Below are positions 57,690 through 64,000 of a stretch of 64,000 nucleotides of DNA, piece after piece. Position 1 is the stretch's first letter, and each line of letters begins with the position of its first letter. Source of the DNA: Candidatus Dojkabacteria bacterium (lineage in GTDB: Bacteria > Patescibacteriota > Dojkabacteria > J137). The stretch covers positions 192,680 through 256,679 of the forward strand of contig JAUQWV010000001.1 in assembly GCA_030834985.1 (NCBI GenBank), in the 5' to 3' direction. The notes beneath the pieces were generated by a model. That model had not been told where the DNA came from. It made no database searches and saw only the letters and a list, made by a program, of their open reading frames with translations. Both the position numbers and the translations under genes were made by a program.

Positions 57690-58781
57690 ATGAAAACCTG
57701 GCAGAAACTAAAAGAAAATCCTTTATTGTTTCAAAGGTATTTTATTAAAGAATATATTATTAAGGCCTGCCGCAAATTCTTTGAAGAAAGAAACTATCAC
57801 GAACTGGAAAGCCCATTAATTACTAACGCTTTACCGCAAGAAAGATACTTAGATGTACTTACTACCGAAATTGAACTAAAAGGCGGAATAAAAAAAACTG
57901 CCTATTTAACGCCTACAACAGAGACCTATAATAAAAAGATTCTTGCGGCAGGCCTAGGTGAACATTTTGTAATTACTAAAGTTTTGCGAGGACTTGAAGA
58001 AATAGGAGTAAATCATTCACCTGAATTTACAATGCTTGAATGGTATCATCTAAATACAGATTACAATGGAATAATGCGTGATACTGAAGAGCTTTTTTTG
58101 TTCATCTTCAATTACCTTAAAGACGCCCTTCAAAAAGAACTCAAACTAGGTAAGTTTCCGATTGACTTTAGCAATTTTAATAATGATAAGCCAATTACTA
58201 CATATCAGGGCAATAAGATAGATTTAAGTTCACCTTGGCATAGGGTATCTATACCAGAAGCCTTAGAAAACTATGCAGGAATTAGGTTAGAAGATATTCA
58301 AGATGAAGAAGCTTTTAGGAAAATTGCGTTAGAAAAAGGGTATAAAGTTTCAGAAGAAGATGATTGGCAGCGAATTTATGAATGGATTTGGGCAAATGAA
58401 ATTGAACCAAAACTTTCCACGGATAAGCCTGTATTTGTGTATGATTTTCCAAAGCAAGTTTGCGTTTTAACAAAGGTAAATCCAATAAATCCTTTAGTAT
58501 GTGAAAGAGTTGAAATCTACTTAGCTGGTAAAGAAGTCGGGAACGGATATACCGAACTAATAGACGCTCAATATCAGGAAGAGAGATTTAAAGAAGAGGC
58601 ATTAGCTAGAAAAAAATTAGGATTAAAAGAAATTGCATTTGACCACGATTTAATTGATGCTTTAAAAAGCGGGCTGCCTGATGTAGCCGGTATTGGGATC
58701 GGACTAGATCGAGTAGCAATGGTTTTTGCAGATGCCAAATACATTTCAGACATTAATTACTTTCCTGTTAGTGAATGGTAG
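57690..58781 (+). CDS. epmA: EF-P lysyl ligase EpmA (PoxA/GenX; LysRS class II paralog without an anticodon-binding domain)
   Basis: HSPEFTMLEWY (compare E. coli PoxA HNPEFTMLEWY), VGNGYTEL, GIGIGLDRVAMV motif 3. Adjacent to efp. Confidence 0.8.
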   Translation: MKTWQKLKENPLLFQRYFIKEYIIKACRKFFEERNYHELESPLITNALPQERYLDVLTTEIELKGGIKKTAYLTPTTETYNKKILAAGLGEHFVITKVLRGLEEIGVNHSPEFTMLEWYHLNTDYNGIMRDTEELFLFIFNYLKDALQKELKLGKFPIDFSNFNNDKPITTYQGNKIDLSSPWHRVSIPEALENYAGIRLEDIQDEEAFRKIALEKGYKVSEEDDWQRIYEWIWANEIEPKLSTDKPVFVYDFPKQVCVLTKVNPINPLVCERVEIYLAGKEVGNGYTELIDAQYQEERFKEEALARKKLGLKEIAFDHDLIDALKSGLPDVAGIGIGLDRVAMVFADAKYISDINYFPVSEW

Positions 58782-58790
58782 AATTAGTAA

Positions 58791-59462
58791 ATGCTCGAGG
58801 AAGACACAATAACAACAGAATCCGGATTTGAGGCTCTTTTTCTTCGTAGTGCTGAGCTATACGAAAAGATAGACCCAGATATACTGTCCAAGTTACTTGA
58901 ATACTTACATTCAAGCGAATTTAGAAGTATTCAGCATACTGCTGCTATGAAAATGAGTGAACATCTTAAAGAGCAGATACATACTCCAGACGGATTGACT
59001 CTTACATATGTTGGCAGAGGATTATTTTCTCTTATTTTCACTTTTGAATATAACAATACCGTCTTTGCTATCAAAGCTCAAAATTTATTAAAAACAGGTG
59101 AGATTGATAAAAATATAAGCTATATCCACGAAGTATTGTTATTTGAGCAACTGCAAGCAGACTTAGGTGACGCTTTGTCAGCACATGGTATTAAACTTCC
59201 CAAATACTATTTAGGCGGCAGTGATATAGCTATAAGAGAATACATCGAAGGAACTCCACTATCTATAAAAACAGCCGAAACTGTAGTTGCAACAATTAGC
59301 CCAATAATGCAGGAATGGCTAGATAAAAAGAAAGAGAAGAACCCACGAAGATGGGAAGATATCCGGTTAGACTTAGTAGATATGCTAGGCAAACCAGCTG
59401 GCAAAAACTTTATACTGACACCTTCTGGCGACATTTATCTTATAGATCCTTTTTACGGTTAA
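58791..59462 (+). CDS. Minimal protein-kinase-like fold protein (Kdo/RIO/Bud32-like size)
   Basis: VGRGLFSL Gly-rich loop, VFAIK, αC Glu (HEVLLFEQL), hinge REYIEG, D...N catalytic-loop-like DMLGKPAGKNFIL, DFG-like IDPF. Confidence 0.45.
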   Translation: MLEEDTITTESGFEALFLRSAELYEKIDPDILSKLLEYLHSSEFRSIQHTAAMKMSEHLKEQIHTPDGLTLTYVGRGLFSLIFTFEYNNTVFAIKAQNLLKTGEIDKNISYIHEVLLFEQLQADLGDALSAHGIKLPKYYLGGSDIAIREYIEGTPLSIKTAETVVATISPIMQEWLDKKKEKNPRRWEDIRLDLVDMLGKPAGKNFILTPSGDIYLIDPFYG

Positions 59463-59463
59463 T

Positions 59464-60213
59464 ATGAATCCAAACGACATTACTGCTCAATATTACAATA
59501 TTGTCTACTCACCATATAAAAGTAAGGATATAACAGATGCAGAAGTCTCGCTAATAAATAAACTAGTTTCGCCGCCAGCACATATTTTAGATATTGGGGC
59601 GGGCACAGGGCGGCACGATATCAGTTTACTTCAGCAGGGATATGCAATTACTGCCGTTGATTCGTCCAAAGGTATGCTTAAAATCTTAACTGATAACGTG
59701 CCGCCAAATTTAGCTGCAAATCTTACAATACTCAATAAGAATATTTATACCTTCAATACAAATCAAAAATTCGATCTTATTACAATGTTCTGGAATACAT
59801 ATAACGAAGTAGCACTAACAAGAAAAAGCGCTTTGTTATTATTAAAGAAATTAAAGACATTACTTAAGCTTAATGGTAGGATCCTAATAAATATTGATAA
59901 TTCAAAATTAGTAGATCCTAAAAACTTTGATTTTTCAACAGAAACAACAGATAAAGGATTTACTTATAAACTAAATTGGAAAACTGTTCGATATAATTTA
60001 AGAACTAACACATCTGTTTCTAAAGAACAGATTGATGTTTATAAAGAAAATAAATTGGTAGATAGTAAAACAACTCTTATTAAACAGAGATATTGGAGTA
60101 TTGAAGAACTTAGCACAATAGCTGCTCAAGCAGAATTATCAACTGAACAATATGTAATTAAGAATTCAGATGAGCTCTACTTAGTATTATCACGAATAAA
60201 TAAATCTGAATAA
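59464..60213 (+). CDS. Class I SAM-dependent methyltransferase
   Basis: Motif I ILDIGAGTGRH and post-I acidic AVDSS. 1-nt gap from the upstream gene. Confidence 0.7.
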   Translation: MNPNDITAQYYNIVYSPYKSKDITDAEVSLINKLVSPPAHILDIGAGTGRHDISLLQQGYAITAVDSSKGMLKILTDNVPPNLAANLTILNKNIYTFNTNQKFDLITMFWNTYNEVALTRKSALLLLKKLKTLLKLNGRILINIDNSKLVDPKNFDFSTETTDKGFTYKLNWKTVRYNLRTNTSVSKEQIDVYKENKLVDSKTTLIKQRYWSIEELSTIAAQAELSTEQYVIKNSDELYLVLSRINKSE

Positions 60214-60954
60214 ACTTGTAAATACAATACTTGCTGTTTCTGATCTTAATACTGGTGAGTCTAAATAAACAAATGTCAGCCCCCACTCTTTTGCCATCTT
60301 ATGTTCAGCTGGAGAAAAGCCCCCTTCTGGACCAATTAAAAACGCAATATTATTTTTAAACTTATCTACCTCTATTTGATTTAATGGCTGTGCTTCTAGC
60401 GATTCTGCAATCTTTTTTCGAGGAATAGTTACAAAATACACAACATCAAAGTCAGAAAGAAGATTTTTAACCTCTTTAAATGTTATACCTTGATAGATTT
60501 CGGGAACTGAAATTCGTTCACTCTGTTTAGAAGCTGCTATTGCAAGCTTATTCCATCTTTCAAGTTTTCTTTCTATAACTTCAACTTTAGTTTGTGAAAA
60601 ATCTGTTTCCATTGGGACAATCGAAGTAATACCTGTTTCTGTAGTTTTTTCAATTACCGTATCAAATTTACCTGCGCGCAATAACCCTTGAAACAAAGTA
60701 ATCTTTGCAAAATGATCTTGGGTGTTTACTTGATCTTGCAGCAGCTCATCAAGAACAACCATTATTACATCTTTTGAGACAACCTTGAGAGTAGCCAAAA
60801 ATTCTTTTTCACCATTAAAAACAATAATTTTATCGCCCTTTGTAAGCCTTAGAACTTTTTTTATATGACTTATATCTGAATCGGAGAGCTTCACACTACT
60901 GCCAATCCTTATATTTTTTCGTTCAGTAAAAAATCTATTAAGCCTCATAAACAA
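60190..60954 (-). CDS. rsmE: 16S rRNA (uracil1498-N3)-methyltransferase RsmE
   Basis: PUA-like N-terminus and SPOUT C-terminus with FLIGPEGGFSPAE. Confidence 0.8.
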   Translation of the reverse strand: MFMRLNRFFTERKNIRIGSSVKLSDSDISHIKKVLRLTKGDKIIVFNGEKEFLATLKVVSKDVIMVVLDELLQDQVNTQDHFAKITLFQGLLRAGKFDTVIEKTTETGITSIVPMETDFSQTKVEVIERKLERWNKLAIAASKQSERISVPEIYQGITFKEVKNLLSDFDVVYFVTIPRKKIAESLEAQPLNQIEVDKFKNNIAFLIGPEGGFSPAEHKMAKEWGLTFVYLDSPVLRSETASIVFTSLFRFIYS

Positions 60955-61707
60955 TTACTCTGCTGCACCAGCATTTTCAGCTCCAGGTGAATCTGTTAAA
61001 ACTGTTTCGGTGCCACTATTAGTGTCTGTTTCTGTAACTGTTTCTTCTTGTTGATTTGCCTCAGCTTGTTCAATTAAACTTGCAATTTGTTTATCGAAGT
61101 CATCGAAAGTTTGCATTTTGAACTGCTTACCATAAATAAATATTGTTGGTGTAGAAGCTGCACCCATTTTAGCAATTGCTTTATCTTTTTCTGCTTTAAC
61201 TTCTGCCCTTACTTCTTCACTAACTCTATCTTTTTTAAACTGTTCAACATCTAACTCTAAAAATTCTGCTAAAGCATCTAAATCTATTGCTTCAGCAAAA
61301 AGTTCTTTTTCGGCATCACTGAATGTGAATAAAGGATGAGTAGGAGTCTTCCTATATGTTATCCATTTAAATAAACCATCAGTATACTCGTTAAACTTAC
61401 CTTGTTTTCGCGCTGCAATAGCTGCATTAGCATATTCAACAGAGGTATCGGGGTTCTGGCCTGCAGTTAAAAATGGCAGCATTTTTAATTCAATATTAGC
61501 TTTTTCACCATATTTTTGACGTGCCTGCTGAACATAAGGTTCAAAATCTGCACAATGAGGACAATTAAAGTCTACATAAACTTCCACCTCCACTGGTAAT
61601 TGGACATTTTCAAATTCCTGCTTATTCCGTTGATTAGAAATAAAATATAGTCCCCCAAAGCTGACTAAAATCAGTAGAACTATCCAAACATAAGAAGGTA
61701 TTTTCAT
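60955..61707 (-). CDS. Membrane-anchored DsbA-like thiol:disulfide oxidoreductase (second paralog)
   Basis: CPHC active site in a thioredoxin fold. N-terminal transmembrane helix. Confidence 0.7.
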   Translation of the reverse strand: MKIPSYVWIVLLILVSFGGLYFISNQRNKQEFENVQLPVEVEVYVDFNCPHCADFEPYVQQARQKYGEKANIELKMLPFLTAGQNPDTSVEYANAAIAARKQGKFNEYTDGLFKWITYRKTPTHPLFTFSDAEKELFAEAIDLDALAEFLELDVEQFKKDRVSEEVRAEVKAEKDKAIAKMGAASTPTIFIYGKQFKMQTFDDFDKQIASLIEQAEANQQEETVTETDTNSGTETVLTDSPGAENAGAAE

Positions 61708-61748
61708 ATAAAGACTAATAAAATGAAATAAATTTTTCTAATTATACA

Positions 61749-62897
61749 TCAAATACTTTTATACGCTGTAATCAATTTATCTATCACATTATCCCACCTG
61801 TATATTTTACTTGCGGTAATACCGTTTTTACCTTTAGTAATGTATTCATTTTTATTATTTTTTATTTTATTTATGCTTAAGCTCCAGGAGTCAAAATCTA
61901 AAGGATCTAGTATCTCACCAAATTCTTCAGTAATAATTTCTTTAGGACCGCCATGTGAAGTAGCAAGAATATATTTACCCTGAGTCATTGCCTCAACTAA
62001 AGTAATACCGAATGGTTCATAAATACTTGGCAGCAAAAAAATATCTATAAAGGCATAAAATTCTAAAGATTCACTAACATCAATATATTCCTTTGTGAAA
62101 AAAACATTATCTAAGTCCTTAAAATGATTTGTTAAGTTTTCTAAGTAGCCGCCATCACCGCCTGCAAAAATAAATAGACAATCAGCATTATTCTTTGCTG
62201 CTACAAATAAATTCTGAATTCCTTTTACGTAATCCATTCTACACAAGCATCCTACTACTAAGTTCCATTTTTTCTTATCAAGATTGTATTTTTTTACAAA
62301 AATATTATCAGGTACAAGCTCTTTAACCTTTTCAAAATAAATATCGCGTATTCCATTCGGAATAACTTCAATACGATTATTAGCAATTCCAAAATGCTTA
62401 TGAACATATTCTTTTTCTGATTGTAGCAAAGCGAGATATTTATCGATTCCAAAAGCAAATAGCCTTAAAACTAAATCATAAAAGCTAACAAGAAATGAAA
62501 GTAAACTTCCTCGCTTTGCTTTATCAACTACAAATGGATTATGACCTGTAAGCACCAGTTTTTTTCTCCTTAAAATCTTTATTATTATGGCAAAAAGCAA
62601 ATGAGCATCATGGGCATTATGTACATGTATTAAATCAAAATCTTCAGATAACAGATTCCAAATTAAAGAAAGCGAAAATCTAAAAAAGTAGCCAAATCCA
62701 AAAAGGTATTTAAATCTTTTTACACCTTCTTCTTCTGTACTTATTGTTAAGCGTTTATCTAACGAATGCGAAGCATCCGTAGTAAAAATTCGTACCTTAA
62801 ATCCGTTACTAGTTAAATGTTGATAAATCTCTTCCACTTGCCTTTCTACACCACCTACGGATGGTTTGTAGAATGTACTTAACTGAATAATTTTCAT
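61749..62897 (-). CDS. GT4-family glycosyltransferase
   Basis: EPFGITLVEAM...G (E-x7-E) motif and GT-B layout. Confidence 0.8.
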   Translation of the reverse strand: MKIIQLSTFYKPSVGGVERQVEEIYQHLTSNGFKVRIFTTDASHSLDKRLTISTEEEGVKRFKYLFGFGYFFRFSLSLIWNLLSEDFDLIHVHNAHDAHLLFAIIIKILRRKKLVLTGHNPFVVDKAKRGSLLSFLVSFYDLVLRLFAFGIDKYLALLQSEKEYVHKHFGIANNRIEVIPNGIRDIYFEKVKELVPDNIFVKKYNLDKKKWNLVVGCLCRMDYVKGIQNLFVAAKNNADCLFIFAGGDGGYLENLTNHFKDLDNVFFTKEYIDVSESLEFYAFIDIFLLPSIYEPFGITLVEAMTQGKYILATSHGGPKEIITEEFGEILDPLDFDSWSLSINKIKNNKNEYITKGKNGITASKIYRWDNVIDKLITAYKSI

Positions 62898-64000
62898 CTA
62901 CTTAAAAATCCTTGATGAATTAAATTTATATATATTGCAGCTCCAATTAATAGTACCACAAAGGTGTACAAGGACGGCTTATAATATTTACGATCCCTAA
63001 ACCGATTAAGAAGTTCAAAATAAGCCAATAAGGCAAATGGATAAACAGGAATTAAAAATCTTAAGCCCAATATTAAATCTGTTATCTTATCTGCAAAACT
63101 TACATTTTTTATTATTGTATAAAAGAGAAATAAGCCTAAAAATGCAGATAATAACAAATTCTTCCATTTAATCTTTGTTCTAAAAAGCAGAATTAGCATT
63201 AATGGATAAAAAATATTTGTTAATAAGAAATATCTGATAAGTGTTGTAGGTACCTGTTCCCAGATAACTGCCCCTTCTTCAGACGAAAAATAGTAACCTG
63301 ATCTGAACAGCGCACCATAATGCTGATGATTAAAGGCTGAAAATAATACAATACCTAATAACAATAAAAGTATAAGGTATATCCATTCTTTTAAAGTATT
63401 TTTGATACCTATTAAAGAAATTTCTGAATAGGCTAAATAGCCTAGTATTATCAAAAGCGGTACTGAATTTGTATATCTTATAAACAAAGTTAATATTATT
63501 GTTAAAGCAGCTAACGGTTGATAATAACTTTGTTTAGTTGCTTTAAGCAGAAGATAAAATGATAAAAGTAAGAAACTCATCGAATAGATCTCGGACATTG
63601 CAGTGCGAGTAAAAAAGATGAAAGGAGGAAATAATGCAAATAGATAAATAAACTTCTTATCTAGTTTATTCATCTGTAAAAGTTTATAAAATACAACAAT
63701 TCCAACCAAAAAAGCGGCAAAAGTTGTTAGTGCTATTAAATTTTTATTGAGTATAACGGCCGGCAGGAGGATCAAAGACGTTCCTATATTGTATTTAGAG
63801 ATGCAATATTCTCCTGCCGGCCACTGTCCAGGAATATTTAAAGAACAATCAGTTTTAAGCCCGCCATTCAATAGCAATTGAGCATTATTTATATAGTCAT
63901 GTTCATCTATTGTGGTAAATTTTGTGGGATAAAAAAGCAAAAGAGGGATAAATACCAGAACACCCGCTATTATTAGGTGCTTTGATTCTAACAATGTATT
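62894..64000 (-). CDS. Multi-transmembrane GT-C/ArnT/PMT-like membrane glycosyltransferase-like protein, 5'-partial (frame open to the window edge)
   Basis: About 11 hydrophobic segments. 4-nt overlap with the GT4 gene. The ORF-track TTG start at 63994 has no upstream stop before the window end. Confidence 0.5.
   Translation of the reverse strand, partial: NTLLESKHLIIAGVLVFIPLLLFYPTKFTTIDEHDYINNAQLLLNGGLKTDCSLNIPGQWPAGEYCISKYNIGTSLILLPAVILNKNLIALTTFAAFLVGIVVFYKLLQMNKLDKKFIYLFALFPPFIFFTRTAMSEIYSMSFLLLSFYLLLKATKQSYYQPLAALTIILTLFIRYTNSVPLLIILGYLAYSEISLIGIKNTLKEWIYLILLLLLGIVLFSAFNHQHYGALFRSGYYFSSEEGAVIWEQVPTTLIRYFLLTNIFYPLMLILLFRTKIKWKNLLLSAFLGLFLFYTIIKNVSFADKITDLILGLRFLIPVYPFALLAYFELLNRFRDRKYYKPSLYTFVVLLIGAAIYINLIHQGFLSR

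Noticed and set aside
1-64000. CRISPR arrays, IS elements, rRNA genes and alternative genetic code (UGA recoding)
   Set aside because: No regularly spaced direct repeat arrays or transposase-like ORFs were seen. UGA is used as a stop in well-conserved genes such as umuD, and long conserved proteins read through intact with the standard code.

Overview
This is a low-GC (about one third G+C, by eye) bacterial chromosomal segment with dense, mostly operonic coding on both strands. The standard genetic code is in use: TGA acts as a stop, and the tRNAs are tRNA-Ala(GGC) and tRNA-Gly(UCC). Core housekeeping genes dominate: uvrA-mfd, mnmA, radA-umuD-umuC, tkt-zwf-tal-like, metG, dnaE, hrcA-grpE-dnaK, mutS, pepF, efp-epmA, rsmE and pyrD. 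There is no PolC, and there is a membrane-anchored RodZ, membrane-anchored DsbA paralogs, many minimal proteins and a VirB4-like ATPase. Together these suggest a reduced-genome Gram-positive-like or Patescibacteria/CPR-like organism (inference). No CRISPR array, transposase, integrase or prophage was seen. The parts most worth a second look are listed below.
- A VirB4-like DNA-translocation module: a split VirB4-like ATPase plus a short SSB, co-operonic with a TrmA/RlmD-like m5U methyltransferase, an extracytoplasmic cytochrome-b5-like protein and a DsbA.
- The heat-shock operon has two unknown genes inserted between grpE and dnaK, a GrpE carrying a roughly 170-aa His-rich N-terminal extension, and two CIRCE variants that share an arm.
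- A four-gene efp-epmA-(minimal kinase-like)-(SAM methyltransferase) operon.
- A transaldolase homolog in the pentose-phosphate operon that lacks the catalytic Lys and Asp.
- A tandem ATACTT-N-AAGTAT palindrome upstream of umuDC that matches neither the E. coli LexA box nor the Cheo box.
- A six-gene ZIP / Cys-rich-secreted / DUF1801 / patatin / MsrB operon.
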